Of a DNA stretch of 64,000 bases, positions 16,785 to 26,798 are shown in pieces. Numbering within the stretch: the first letter of the stretch is position 1; every line of letters begins with the position of its first letter. Source of the stretch: an uncultured delta proteobacterium (GTDB lineage Bacteria > Myxococcota_A > Polyangia > Polyangiales > Polyangiaceae); NCBI GenBank assembly GCA_963831555.1, contig CAWHQT010000020.1, positions 12,099 to 76,098 on the forward strand, read 5' to 3'. Under the pieces are notes generated by a model, which searched no databases, was not told where the DNA came from, and saw only the letters and a program-made list of their open reading frames with translations. The translations under genes were made by a program, and so were the position numbers.

Positions 16785-19223
16785 TCACGTCCTCAAGGTA
16801 GCTCCAAACCGCGTCTCCAACGCAGAAAGGACGAGGCGGTGGCGAGCGTCGACTTCGGCGTCGGTTAGCGTGCGATCCGACGCACGATAGACGATGTGAA
16901 CCCCGAGACTCGCGTGGCCGCCGGGCACCGCGCCTCCGGTGAATCGATCGAACAGCACCACCTGGTCGGCGAGTTCTCCGGCCACTTCGCGGGCCGCGCT
17001 CTCGACGTCACCGGCGGCAACGCCGTCGGCGACCACGATGGCGACATCCCGCGCGCTCGAAGGAAAGCGCGGGAGCGCAGCGAAACGCGGCTGCTCTGCG
17101 CCAATCGTCTGCATCGCTCCGAGATCCAGATCGATTATCACGGCCGCCCCGCTTATCTCGAAGGCGTCCGCCACGTCCGGGTGCAAGGGACCGAACGAAC
17201 CGATCCGGCTATTGTCCACATCGATCCACGCGGCCCCTCGCGGATGCAGGGCGCGGGGTCGGTCGGCGTCGGAAGGTACGCGAATCGCGACCGTGCGCCT
17301 CAGGATCCGGGAAACCAGCCCCTCCGCGAGGCCCTTGGCGTCCCAAACGTCGACCGGCTCGGGCTTGTGCAGCCATGCCGCGCGGTCGCCAGCGACCAGC
17401 ACGGAGAGGGCGAGGCGCTCGTCCGGCAGGCCCTCGTGCTCGGCGAGATCCGCGGGGCGAACCAGGCGAGGAAGAAAAACCGCCCCCACCGTGAAGAGCC
17501 TCGCGTCGCGTTGTCCGTGTCGCTCCGCGCGGGCGAGCGCACGAAGGAGACCCGGCAAAAGGCTCGTGCGCATGACCGAGTGGTCTTCGTGCAGCGGGTT
17601 TCGAAGCGTCACGGTCGCGGCCGGCGCGCCGACCGCTTCGAGGTCCGCCGGCCGAACGAATGCGTACGTGACCGCCTCGCTCAAACCGCATCCGACGGCG
17701 GCCTCGCGAGCGCGCCGGGCCAGCGCTTGCCGAGGGCCCGCATCGCGCGATGCGCGGATGGGAGGTAGCGCCGTGGGGATCGAGTCGTAACCGCGGACGC
17801 GTCCGACTTCCTCGATGAGGTCCACCTCGCGCGAGACGTCGGGACGGAAGCTCGGCACTTCCCAGACTTCCGTTCCGGGCTGCGACGGCCGGCGCGAAAA
17901 GCCGAGTCTCTCGAGGGCGCCATGCGCATCGGTCGCCTCCACGACGGCGCCGAGTAGCGCGCGAATGCGATCCGGGCGCAAGGTGACCGTCCGACGCGCA
18001 AGCGCCTTGGCCTCGACGACGCGGGCGGGGCGGATCGCGATCGCGGCGGCGAACTTCGCGATGAGCGACACTCCCCGTGCGAGCGCAACGCGGGTGTCGC
18101 CCCAGTCGACGCCCCGCTCGAAGCGATGGCTCGATTCGGTGTGCAGCCCGTGGCGGCGCGCCGTGCGTCGCACGCTTCGAGGGTCGAAGTACGCGCATTC
18201 GAGAAGGACGCGCTCGGTCCCTTTGACGATTTCACTGCTCTGACCGCCCATGACACCCGCGAGGGCCAGCGGGCCCGCGCCGTCGCAAACGACGAGATCG
18301 TCCTCGTCGAGCGCTCGTTCGACGCCGTCGAGCGTGCGTAACGTCTCGCCGGCGCGCGCACGCCTGACCACGATGGCTCGCCCGCGGATCGTGTCGAGAT
18401 CGAACGCGTGCATCGGATGCCCGAACTCGAGCATCACCAGGTTGGTAACATCGACGACGTTGGAGATGGCTCGCATGCCGAGCGAAGCAAGACGAAAGCG
18501 CACCTCGAGCGGCGACGGGGCGACGCGCACCTCCGTGAGAAGGGCGGCGGCATAGTGCGGACACCGGTCGGCGTCCTCGATGGTCAGGTTCACATGGTTG
18601 GCCAGAAGGTCGTCGTGGGTGCGCTCCGGGTCTTTGGGGGCTGCCAAAACGAAGGGCACATCGAAGAGCGCCGCGGCCTCGCGCGCGAGCCCGACGTGGC
18701 CAAGCCCATCGGGCCGATTGGGCGTGAGCCCGATCTCGAGGATCGTGTCTCGTGCGGCCGGGATCGCGTCGACGAGTCGCGTGCCGGGCCTCGCCGCGGC
18801 GGGCGGGAGCGCCAAGATGCCGTCCGCGTCTTCCCCCAGGCCCAGCTCTGCTTCGCTGCAGAGCATGCCCTCGCTCGGTACTCCTGCGATCGATCGCTTT
18901 TCGACGGTCATGCCTTTGGCCGGCAGGTGCGCCCCGATCGGCGCGAGCACGACCAACCCCCCGGCCTCGGGAACGTTCGGCGCCCCGCAAACGATCTCCT
19001 GGGTGGCGGCGCCGTTGTGTATCGTAACCAGACGAAGGCCGCTTCGCGAAGGGTGCGGCCGCGTCGACACGACGCTCGCGATCACGCAGGCCTCGGCGCC
19101 GAGGCCAAACGTGCTGGCGCTCTCGACCTCCAGGCCTGCGGCGGTCAGGCGCTCGCCAATCGCTTTCGCGTCATCGGGCAGCTCGGGACAGAGCTCACGG
19201 AGCCAACGAACGGAGGCTTTCAT
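16785..19223 (-). CDS. pheT: Phenylalanine--tRNA ligase beta subunit
   Basis: The start is ATG 19223-19221 (MKASVRWLRELCPELPDDAKAIGERLTAAGLEVES), the typical PheT N-terminus. The tRNA-binding, B3/4, B5 and FDX-ACB regions are recognisable. 812 aa. Confidence 0.95.
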   Translation of the reverse strand: MKASVRWLRELCPELPDDAKAIGERLTAAGLEVESASTFGLGAEACVIASVVSTRPHPSRSGLRLVTIHNGAATQEIVCGAPNVPEAGGLVVLAPIGAHLPAKGMTVEKRSIAGVPSEGMLCSEAELGLGEDADGILALPPAAARPGTRLVDAIPAARDTILEIGLTPNRPDGLGHVGLAREAAALFDVPFVLAAPKDPERTHDDLLANHVNLTIEDADRCPHYAAALLTEVRVAPSPLEVRFRLASLGMRAISNVVDVTNLVMLEFGHPMHAFDLDTIRGRAIVVRRARAGETLRTLDGVERALDEDDLVVCDGAGPLALAGVMGGQSSEIVKGTERVLLECAYFDPRSVRRTARRHGLHTESSHRFERGVDWGDTRVALARGVSLIAKFAAAIAIRPARVVEAKALARRTVTLRPDRIRALLGAVVEATDAHGALERLGFSRRPSQPGTEVWEVPSFRPDVSREVDLIEEVGRVRGYDSIPTALPPIRASRDAGPRQALARRAREAAVGCGLSEAVTYAFVRPADLEAVGAPAATVTLRNPLHEDHSVMRTSLLPGLLRALARAERHGQRDARLFTVGAVFLPRLVRPADLAEHEGLPDERLALSVLVAGDRAAWLHKPEPVDVWDAKGLAEGLVSRILRRTVAIRVPSDADRPRALHPRGAAWIDVDNSRIGSFGPLHPDVADAFEISGAAVIIDLDLGAMQTIGAEQPRFAALPRFPSSARDVAIVVADGVAAGDVESAAREVAGELADQVVLFDRFTGGAVPGGHASLGVHIVYRASDRTLTDAEVDARHRLVLSALETRFGATLRT

Positions 19224-19411
19224 CGCGGGGTCCCAGGCGTAGCCTACGCAGCTCGGCCGGTCGAGGATGCCAGGGGTTCCCCGTGAGGGCGAGAATCGAA
19301 GGGCTAGGGCACGAGCGGGGGGCCCCACGGATGTCTTCGGAATCCTCGACGCGGTCGACACCATCCAAGAACGAACACGCGCGGGCGCGGCGCAATGTAT
19401 CCTCGCTCGGG

Positions 19412-20407
19412 ATGAACGTCCTTTTCGTCGGTGGCACGGGGATCATCAGCTCGGCGTGCGCAAGAGCGGCCCTTCTGCGCGGAATCGACGTGACCTTTCT
19501 GTGCCGCGGAAAGACCTCGCGGCACCCCGTTCCTGTCGGGGCCAACGTGATCCGGGGCGACGTTCGCGACCGAGAGTCCGTGCGCGCGGCGCTGGGCGAT
19601 CGACACTTCGATGCGGTCGTGCAATGGGTCGCCTTCGTGCCGGCCCACGTGGAGTTCGACATCGAGCTCTTTCGCGGGAGAACAGGACAATACATCTTCA
19701 TCAGCTCGGCGTCCGCCTACCAGACGCCGCCGGCGCGCCTCCCGGTCACCGAGTCGACCCCGCTCGCCAATCCCTTCTGGCAATATTCGCGCGACAAGAT
19801 CGCGTGCGAAGAGCGGTTGATTCACGCCTATCGCGCCGAGGGATTTCCGGTGACGATCGTTCGTCCTTCGCACACGTACGACGAGGCGCTTTTACCTCCC
19901 CACGGTGGCTACACCGTTGTGGACCGGATGCGGCGGGGGCTGCCGGTCATCGTGCACGGGGACGGGACGTCGCTCTGGACCCTGACTCACAACGAAGACT
20001 TCGCACGCGGCTTTGTGGGGCTGCTCGGCCACAGCGGCGCCATCGGCGACGCGTTTCACATCACGTCCGACGAGGCGCTCACCTGGGACGCGATTCACGA
20101 GATCCTGGGGCGCGCCATCTCGTGTCGCCCGAAGTTGGTGCACGTGCCGTCCGACCTCATCGCCGCGTTCGACGCCGAGTGGGGCGCGAGTCTGCTCGGC
20201 GACAAGGCGCACAGCATGGTGTTCGACAACACGAAGATCAAACGGCTCGTGGCCGACTTCCGCGCGACCACTCCCTACGCCCGCGGCGCCGAGCAACAGA
20301 TCGCCTGGTACGACGAAGACGCTCGTCGCCGCGTCGTGGACCCCGCTCTTAACGAGACGATCGACCGTATCCTCGCTCACTACGAGCGCGCGTGGCCTGC
20401 CGGCTGA
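19412..20407 (+). CDS. NAD-dependent epimerase/dehydratase (extended SDR)
   Basis: MNVLFVGGTGIISSA carries the GxxGxxG Rossmann motif. ISSASAYQ and YSRDK (YxxxK) are present. An alternative upstream start lies at 19283 or 19331. Confidence 0.85.
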   Translation: MNVLFVGGTGIISSACARAALLRGIDVTFLCRGKTSRHPVPVGANVIRGDVRDRESVRAALGDRHFDAVVQWVAFVPAHVEFDIELFRGRTGQYIFISSASAYQTPPARLPVTESTPLANPFWQYSRDKIACEERLIHAYRAEGFPVTIVRPSHTYDEALLPPHGGYTVVDRMRRGLPVIVHGDGTSLWTLTHNEDFARGFVGLLGHSGAIGDAFHITSDEALTWDAIHEILGRAISCRPKLVHVPSDLIAAFDAEWGASLLGDKAHSMVFDNTKIKRLVADFRATTPYARGAEQQIAWYDEDARRRVVDPALNETIDRILAHYERAWPAG

Positions 20408-20527
20408 CGTGCAAGGGCAGTCCAGGGGTCATCCAAGGGTCTCAGGCCCTTGCGAGTGCGCTTGGGCGCGTGTACGGTCGCGCGCCGCAGAGGGTGGATA
20501 ACGAACCCAGGTTCGCGGAGGATGGTC

Positions 20528-21319
20528 ATGAGAGTCATCGGTTCGTCGCTCGGAGTTTTTGCGATCACATTGGTGCCGCTGGTCGTGGTGGCTTGTGACC
20601 ACAACGACGCCCCCGCCCAAAGCGCGGCCACGGCCCCTGCGGCGGCACCTGCTGCGCCGACCGCCGCTGCGGTCGGTGCGGCCCCGCCGCCGGGCCCGAT
20701 GACGGTACCGGACAAGGACTGCCCAGCCGCCTTTAGTATCGACGACGAGGAGGACAACAATAACCAGTTGACCGTCCAGAGCGGGAGAAACGGCTATTGG
20801 TACACGTACGTCGATTCGCTGGGAACGACGATCACCCCCCCAGCGAAGACGACGTTTCTGCAGTCATCGGGCGGCGCGAAGGACTCGAAGTTTGCAGCTC
20901 ACTACGCGGGCAAAGTCTCCGCGACCGGCGACCCCCTTTACGCCGGCCTCGGATTTAGCTTCACGGATCCCAAAGGTCCGTACGACGCGACGCAGTACAC
21001 GGGCATCTCGTTCCAGGCGAAAGTCGGGCCGGGTTCGGTAAAGTCGGTGCGGCTGAAAGTGCCCGACGTGAACACGGACCCTGCGGGAAAAGTGTGCACC
21101 GAGTGTTACAACGACTTCGGCGCGGACCTGACGCTGACCGATCAGTGGACGAAGTACACGATCCCGTTCGCGGCGATGAAGCAGCTCGATGGGTGGGGAG
21201 CGCCCAATCCGCCGACGATTGACAAGTCGAAGCTTTACGGAGTGCAGTGGCAGGTGAACGACCGGGGCGCGACGTACGACGTCTGGGTTGACGACGTTCA
21301 GTTTACTGGTTGCCCGTAG
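20528..21319 (+). CDS. Lipoprotein with a carbohydrate-binding-module-like beta-sandwich (CBM11/CIA30-like)
   Basis: ATG 20528 lies 7 nt after GGAGG. The lipobox is LVVVAC, followed by an Ala/Pro linker. The sequence then reads IDDEEDNNNQL...GYWYTYVD...GISFQAK...VQWQV...VWVDDVQF, typical of CBM-type jelly rolls. Confidence 0.55.
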   Translation: MRVIGSSLGVFAITLVPLVVVACDHNDAPAQSAATAPAAAPAAPTAAAVGAAPPPGPMTVPDKDCPAAFSIDDEEDNNNQLTVQSGRNGYWYTYVDSLGTTITPPAKTTFLQSSGGAKDSKFAAHYAGKVSATGDPLYAGLGFSFTDPKGPYDATQYTGISFQAKVGPGSVKSVRLKVPDVNTDPAGKVCTECYNDFGADLTLTDQWTKYTIPFAAMKQLDGWGAPNPPTIDKSKLYGVQWQVNDRGATYDVWVDDVQFTGCP

Positions 21320-21374
21320 TACCTCCGCGGGCCCGGCGTCGGGCGGGGGGGCTCTACCCAGCCGTGGCCCTTCG

Positions 21375-22787
21375 TCACTCGGTCGGGGCGTCGGCGAAAC
21401 CGGCGTCGACTGCGGCGGCGTCGGAGGACCCCAGAGTCGCATCGCCACCGCCGCCTGTGACGTCCGCGGTCGCATCGGTCGTGGATCCGTCGCCCCCGTC
21501 GGCGAGAGGCGCGTCGTCGTCGAGTGCGGCGTCGGCTCCGGCCTCGAGCGCCGGCTTGGGGTTCGCGGGATAGGCCATCAGAGCGTCGTGGACGGCGGTG
21601 CCTTGCACCGTCGGCGTATCGTTCCAATCGGAAATCAGCGAGGGAAACGCGCAACCCCCGGGATACCAAGCCCAGGCCGTCCACGACATCTGGTGGCTGT
21701 CCGCAAACGCAATCAGCGCGGTATCCCAATCCCCGGTGCAGGCGTCCACGGGGGTGCCGTTCACGATCTTGGTGGTCGGGTCACCGAACTCCGTGGCGAT
21801 GACGGGAGCGATGTTCTGCGTCGCCAAATATCCGAAGCTATTTTCCCACGAGCTGGGTTGGCTATTGCCTTTGTACGGGTGGGTCGCGTACATGATATTG
21901 TAGCCCGCGATCATATTATTATATACTTGGGAGAGATCGAATGCCCACTCCAGCCCTCCGGCGATGACGACGTTGTCGGCGCCCGCGGCGCGCACGGCAT
22001 CGTAGAGTTGTTGCATTCCGGCGACGAGAAAACCCGTGGCCTCGCCCCCGTTGAGCCATATGCTCCACGAAATGCCGTTGGGCTCGTTGTAGAGCTCGAA
22101 GAGGACGCGGCCGTCGCCTTTGAAATCGGTCGCCACTTGTGTCCAGAACATCACGGAGTTCGCGTCCGCCATCTGCTGTTGATTGCTGCTGCCGGTGGTG
22201 TCTTGTTTGCCTTGATTGCCGAGTGCCGACGCGTCGAGGTCGCCGCGGTCGGACCAATGAAGATCGAGAATGACGTCGAGCCCCGCGCCCTCTGCCCAAA
22301 GGACGGCTTGTTTGATGGTGCTCTCGTAGCCCGGGTCGTAGAGCGCCGCACCAGAGAGCCAGAAATCCTGATTCAGAGCGATCCGGACGACGTTGGCGTT
22401 CCAATCCGCCATGGCCACGAAGTCGTCCGCGGAGACGTGGTCGCCGCCCGACTCGAACTCGAACGAGGGTCGGTCGACGCCGTGGAAGAGGTGGGGCTGG
22501 TCGTCGGCGGTGCAGACCGTCGCTCCGTTGACGTAGTACCCGTTCGGAGCGCTCGGCGGACGGGCGCCGCTCGCTCCGATGCACCCGCGCACCGTCGCGT
22601 CGGCGTTGGCGGGGTTGCCAGGGGCCGCAGGAGCGCCTCGGTCCGAGAAGCAGCCAGAAGCGCAGATCGAGCCGATCGAGAAGATGGCCGAAACAAAGAC
22701 CGAACGTGAAGCGGCGAAAGCTACGTGAACGGCAGCCGGGGCACGTGGGACGGAGCGACGAGGACGCATGGTCTGCAATGGTTGCAT
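21375..22787 (-). CDS. Glycoside hydrolase family 5 (cellulase/mannanase-type), secreted or lipoprotein
   Basis: ATG 22787 lies after GGGAGA. The signal peptide is followed by SICASGC. NVVRIAL, LDLHW, the acid/base FELYNEP and the nucleophile IATEFG are present. The tail is acidic and Ala/Asp-rich. Confidence 0.85.
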   Translation of the reverse strand: MQPLQTMRPRRSVPRAPAAVHVAFAASRSVFVSAIFSIGSICASGCFSDRGAPAAPGNPANADATVRGCIGASGARPPSAPNGYYVNGATVCTADDQPHLFHGVDRPSFEFESGGDHVSADDFVAMADWNANVVRIALNQDFWLSGAALYDPGYESTIKQAVLWAEGAGLDVILDLHWSDRGDLDASALGNQGKQDTTGSSNQQQMADANSVMFWTQVATDFKGDGRVLFELYNEPNGISWSIWLNGGEATGFLVAGMQQLYDAVRAAGADNVVIAGGLEWAFDLSQVYNNMIAGYNIMYATHPYKGNSQPSSWENSFGYLATQNIAPVIATEFGDPTTKIVNGTPVDACTGDWDTALIAFADSHQMSWTAWAWYPGGCAFPSLISDWNDTPTVQGTAVHDALMAYPANPKPALEAGADAALDDDAPLADGGDGSTTDATADVTGGGGDATLGSSDAAAVDAGFADAPTE

Positions 22788-22920
22788 CTGTCTCCCGGCG
22801 TGGCTCACTTCTTCGGGCTTCTGAAGCGGATCCGTCCACACTGGACGGTGTTGGACAAGAAGCGAGCCGGACACCAGCGGTGGCCCATGGAGCATTGATC
22901 GGGCTACCATACCGTGGAGA

Positions 22921-24504
22921 ATGGCTGCACCTTTACAGCCCCCCGCCCCTCCCCGAATCGTCGGAAGGTACGTCCTTTATGGCGAGATTGCGTCGGGCGG
23001 TATGGCCACGGTGCATTTCGGGCGCCTTTTGGGCCCTGCGGGGTTTTCGCGCCCAGTGGCGATCAAGCGCCTCCACGCTCAGTTCGCGCGCGACCCGGAT
23101 TTCGTGAAGATGTTCTTCGACGAGGCGCGCCTCGCCGCCCGAATCGCGCATACGAACGTCGTCGCCACGCTCGATGTCGTGTCCGCGGACGACGAGGTGT
23201 TTCTGGTGATGGAATACGTGCCCGGGACCTCGCTCGCGCAGCTCGTCCGAACGGCCCGGCGTCGCGGCGAACCCATCGCGGCGCTGGTGGGCGTCGGCGT
23301 CGTGAGCGGAATGCTCCACGGGCTTCACGCGGCTCATGAGGCACGAAACGATCGGGGCGAGCGACTCGACATCGTGCACCGCGACGTATCGCCGCAAAAC
23401 GTTTTGGTGGGCACGGACGGGATCCCGCGTCTCCTGGACTTCGGCGTCGCCAAGGCATCTGGCCGGCTTCAAACGACGCGAGACGGTCAGCTCAAGGGCA
23501 AGCTCGCGTATATGGCCCCCGAGCAGGTGCGCGGCGAGCCCCTCACGCGCCGAACGGACGTCTACGCCGCTTCGGTCGTGCTTTGGGAGGTGCTGACCGG
23601 AAAGCGCCTCTTCTACGCCGAAAACGAGGCAACGGTTCTGTCGCGCGTGCTAACGGCAGAAGTCCTTCCGCCGAGCACCATCATCCCGGAGCTTCCCCGG
23701 TCTCTCGATCGCGTGGTTCTGCAGGGCCTCGAGCGCGATCCCGACAAGCGCTATCCCACCGCGCGCGCAATGGCGGCCGATCTCGAGGCGTGCATCGGCT
23801 TGGCGTCGGCCGCCGAGATCGCCGATTGGGTGGAACACACCGCGGCAGAGGAGTTGCGCGAGCGCGCCCTGCACATCGCGGAGATCGAGCGGTCAGCCGC
23901 TGAAGCCGCCGAGGGCGGCACGGGCGCGCCGGCCGTCACCCAGAGCGGGCCGGCGACGTTGGGTCGGCACCCCCAAGACTCCTCGGGTACCTGGGGCAAT
24001 TCCCTGCCGACCCGGAACGAACGGATTCATCACGAGCTGTCGCAGCTATCGAACCTGTCTCTGGCGCGCGCGAGCGAGCCGCCCGCGCGTCCGTCGCGCA
24101 AGCTGGTGTCGGCCCTCGTGGCTTTCGCGGGCGCGATCCTCGTCGTCGTCGCGCTGCTTCTCTTCGCGCAGGCACACTCCAAGGTCGAGTCGGGCCGGTT
24201 CGAGTCGACCCGGCTCGAGTCAGGCGCCGGTCTGCAGACGAGCCAGTTGCCGCCGCCCGTCAAAGTAACGACGCCGCCGTCCGTCGAGGTCCCGCCGAGT
24301 ACGAACGTCAACGATCTCCCGGTCGCATCGCCCCTGCCCGATGCTTCGATGTCGACCGCGACGCCCGGTCTACCGCCTCCGCGACCGCAATGGCGCGCGT
24401 CTCCGCAGCCTGTGTGGCCGGCGGCAACGGCAAGCGAAGAATGTAATCCGCCCTACACTGCAGACGCAAAGGGACACATTCACTTCAAACCGAATTGTAT
24501 GTGA
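22921..24504 (+). CDS. Ser/Thr protein kinase with a TM segment and a Cys-containing extracytoplasmic tail
   Basis: Motifs SGGMATVHFG, VAIKRL, HRDVSPQN, DFG and AYMAPE are present. The TM is LVSALVAFAGAILVVVALLLFA. The C-terminus is ECNPPYTADAKGHIHFKPNCM. Confidence 0.9.
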   Translation: MAAPLQPPAPPRIVGRYVLYGEIASGGMATVHFGRLLGPAGFSRPVAIKRLHAQFARDPDFVKMFFDEARLAARIAHTNVVATLDVVSADDEVFLVMEYVPGTSLAQLVRTARRRGEPIAALVGVGVVSGMLHGLHAAHEARNDRGERLDIVHRDVSPQNVLVGTDGIPRLLDFGVAKASGRLQTTRDGQLKGKLAYMAPEQVRGEPLTRRTDVYAASVVLWEVLTGKRLFYAENEATVLSRVLTAEVLPPSTIIPELPRSLDRVVLQGLERDPDKRYPTARAMAADLEACIGLASAAEIADWVEHTAAEELRERALHIAEIERSAAEAAEGGTGAPAVTQSGPATLGRHPQDSSGTWGNSLPTRNERIHHELSQLSNLSLARASEPPARPSRKLVSALVAFAGAILVVVALLLFAQAHSKVESGRFESTRLESGAGLQTSQLPPPVKVTTPPSVEVPPSTNVNDLPVASPLPDASMSTATPGLPPPRPQWRASPQPVWPAATASEECNPPYTADAKGHIHFKPNCM

Positions 24505-24542
24505 CCCTTGCGCGGTTCTTATGATCGGGGCTGAGCTTTTCC

Positions 24543-25511
24543 ATGCTTACGTGTCGGCCAAACATGCGGCGAAACCGGGCGCGCAGCGCTGTTATCGGAG
24601 CTGCGTTACTCGGCGTTCCCGTCGCTGCTGGCGCGGGCGAGAGAACGAGCGACAAGCAGAACTGCATTGCGGCCGCGGAACAGGGCCAGAGCCAGCGGGA
24701 CGACGGGCAGTACAGAGCGGCGAGGGACGCGTTCGTTAAGTGCACCGACGACGTGTGCCCGCGCGTGATCGTTCAGTCGTGTACGAAGTGGCTCCGTGAG
24801 CTCGATGAGAGCGCCCCGACCATCGTCCTTGGTGCCAAAGACGAGCAGGGCAACGACCTCACGGACGCGACCGTGTCGTTCGACGGCGTGCCGTTCTCGA
24901 CGACTCTCACGGGCAAGCCGGTGGAGGTGGATGCGGGCGAACACGTTGTGCGCTTCGAACGCCAGGGAAGGATTGCCGTCGAGCAGAGGCTGCTTTTGCG
25001 CGCGGGCGAAAAGGCGCGCGTCGTGAGCGTGACGCTCCTGCCCGTGGCGGGACCCGAAGCCGACGCGGCGTCCTCGGACGCGTCCGCGGTGCAGGGGATC
25101 CAGGGAGGTGCCCTGCCTGCGCCCGCCGAACGGACTTTATCCGCGCACCATGTCGCGGCAGGAGCCATTGGTCTGGGCGCTGTCGCGGCGGCGGTGGTCG
25201 GGGTGGTCTTCGTTCTCAAGTCCAACGCGAAGCAAGACGATGCGGCCGGGTTACGCGGCACGCTCCCGGCGGACGGATGCACGGGCGTGTCGTCTCCGAT
25301 GTGCGCGTCGCTGAGCGACGCCGTCCACGCGCAGCATGACGACATGAACGTGGCCGGGGGGCTCTTCGCGGTTGCGGGGGCCCTCGCCGCCGGCGCGTTA
25401 GCGGCGTGGGTCTTCTGGCCCAGGGCGGCCAGCGCATCTCCGGCGACCACCGGCTGGATTGGGCCGATCCGCGGGGGCGCCGCGGTTCAAGTGACCGGCG
25501 TCTTCCGATGA
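24543..25511 (+). CDS. Secreted membrane-anchored TPR-like/PEGA-like protein, an architectural paralog of 2734..3795
   Basis: It has a signal peptide and a Cys-containing helical N-domain (NCIAAAEQG...KCTDDVCPRVIVQSCTKWL). The beta-domain is ATVSFDGVPF...GEHVVRFERQG. Two TM segments flank a Cys loop. An alternative start is at 24564. Confidence 0.7.
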   Translation: MLTCRPNMRRNRARSAVIGAALLGVPVAAGAGERTSDKQNCIAAAEQGQSQRDDGQYRAARDAFVKCTDDVCPRVIVQSCTKWLRELDESAPTIVLGAKDEQGNDLTDATVSFDGVPFSTTLTGKPVEVDAGEHVVRFERQGRIAVEQRLLLRAGEKARVVSVTLLPVAGPEADAASSDASAVQGIQGGALPAPAERTLSAHHVAAGAIGLGAVAAAVVGVVFVLKSNAKQDDAAGLRGTLPADGCTGVSSPMCASLSDAVHAQHDDMNVAGGLFAVAGALAAGALAAWVFWPRAASASPATTGWIGPIRGGAAVQVTGVFR

Positions 25512-26761
25512 AGCCGCTCTCCTTTTCCTCGTTCATCGTGGTGGTGGCGATGAGCGCTGCCTCCCTCGTGGCGAACGGTTGCGGCGGCATCGATTGCACG
25601 GAGACAGCGACCTGCCCAGGCCTTTCCGACGGTTCGTCCGACCAATCCGTGACGGAGGGCGGTGGGGCATCGGGCCAGGACGTGCAGGCCGAACCGCTCA
25701 CGGATGCCAGCGAGGCGGACACGCCATCCAATGCCTCCGACGCGAATGCGACGATGGAAGAAGCAGACGCCGGCGACGGATCGACCGATTCGACCGACGA
25801 GGACGTAGGCACGGATTCCACGTCGATCGCGGACGCGCAGTTCGATGCCCCGGACGCCCGCGGCCCGGACGCCGCACCCCCCACGTGCGCCAACGGATCA
25901 TCGTGTGTGAAGGCAGCCCCCGCGGGGTGGTTCGGGCCCGGCGCGCTGTTCGACGGCGCGTTCACCGCATCGCCGCCTGCATGCGTGGCCCCCTATGGCA
26001 ACAATGCATTCACCCTCAGCGCGATGCCCACGTCTCCAGCGCCAGCTTGCGGATGCGCATGCGGAGGCGTGAACGGCGGCTGCACGAACCCGACCGTCGC
26101 GGTCTACAGCGATAATCAGTGCGGGCCGTCCAATGACTGCGCTTCCGGGGGCGGCGCGGCCTGCACGGCGACCGAAGGTGCGCGTTGCCCGACCGGCGGA
26201 CAATCGGCCAACGTCACTGCTCTACCGCAGGCGACTTCGACGGGTTCGTGCAACGCCAGCGTCACGACGCTGAACACACCGACGCCCCAATGGACCCGGA
26301 CGGGTGAGACCTGTGCGGCGAGCCAAACGTTCACGAGCGCGGGATGCGCATCGGGTTCGGTTTGCGCCCCCGATGCGCCCTCACGATTTCAACCGAAGCT
26401 ATGCGTCTGGAAGGCCATGGCGGCCGATTGCTCGACCCCTGCGCTCTCGGGCTACTCGTTGGTTTATCGTTACTACTCGCGTATGACCGACACGCGCGCG
26501 TGTACGAAGGGTACGTGCGGATGCAACGCTGCGTCGGTCAGCGCCTGCACATTGACCGCCACGGCGTACCGCACGCCGAATTGCTCTTCCGGAGGAACCG
26601 TGCTCGCGAACTCGGGGTGCAGCTTCTCGGGCAATCTCATCGCGGGGCTGACCGCCAGCGTTGTCACCACCGGCTCGTGCGCCCCGAACGGAAGCGCCGG
26701 AACGTCGGGGACGGTGGTGCCCGACAACGCGACCGAATTCACCGTTTGCTGCACGCAGTGA
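25508..26761 (+). CDS. Cys-rich lipoprotein (acidic linker plus two Cys-rich beta-type modules)
   Basis: ATG 25508 overlaps the upstream stop as ATGA. MKPLSFSSFIVVVAMSAASLVANGC gives the lipobox. The internal similarity is ACGCACGG...C...C versus TCGCNAAS...C...C. The C-terminus is FTVCCTQ. Confidence 0.7.
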   Translation: MKPLSFSSFIVVVAMSAASLVANGCGGIDCTETATCPGLSDGSSDQSVTEGGGASGQDVQAEPLTDASEADTPSNASDANATMEEADAGDGSTDSTDEDVGTDSTSIADAQFDAPDARGPDAAPPTCANGSSCVKAAPAGWFGPGALFDGAFTASPPACVAPYGNNAFTLSAMPTSPAPACGCACGGVNGGCTNPTVAVYSDNQCGPSNDCASGGGAACTATEGARCPTGGQSANVTALPQATSTGSCNASVTTLNTPTPQWTRTGETCAASQTFTSAGCASGSVCAPDAPSRFQPKLCVWKAMAADCSTPALSGYSLVYRYYSRMTDTRACTKGTCGCNAASVSACTLTATAYRTPNCSSGGTVLANSGCSFSGNLIAGLTASVVTTGSCAPNGSAGTSGTVVPDNATEFTVCCTQ

Positions 26762-26798
26762 GGCGCGTTCGCGGCGCAACGCCCCGAATCACGCGCCG

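Noticed and set aside
21320-21374. Bidirectional intrinsic terminator between the convergent CBM and GH5 genes
   Set aside because: Only short imperfect GC stems are present, and neither strand has a T-tract.
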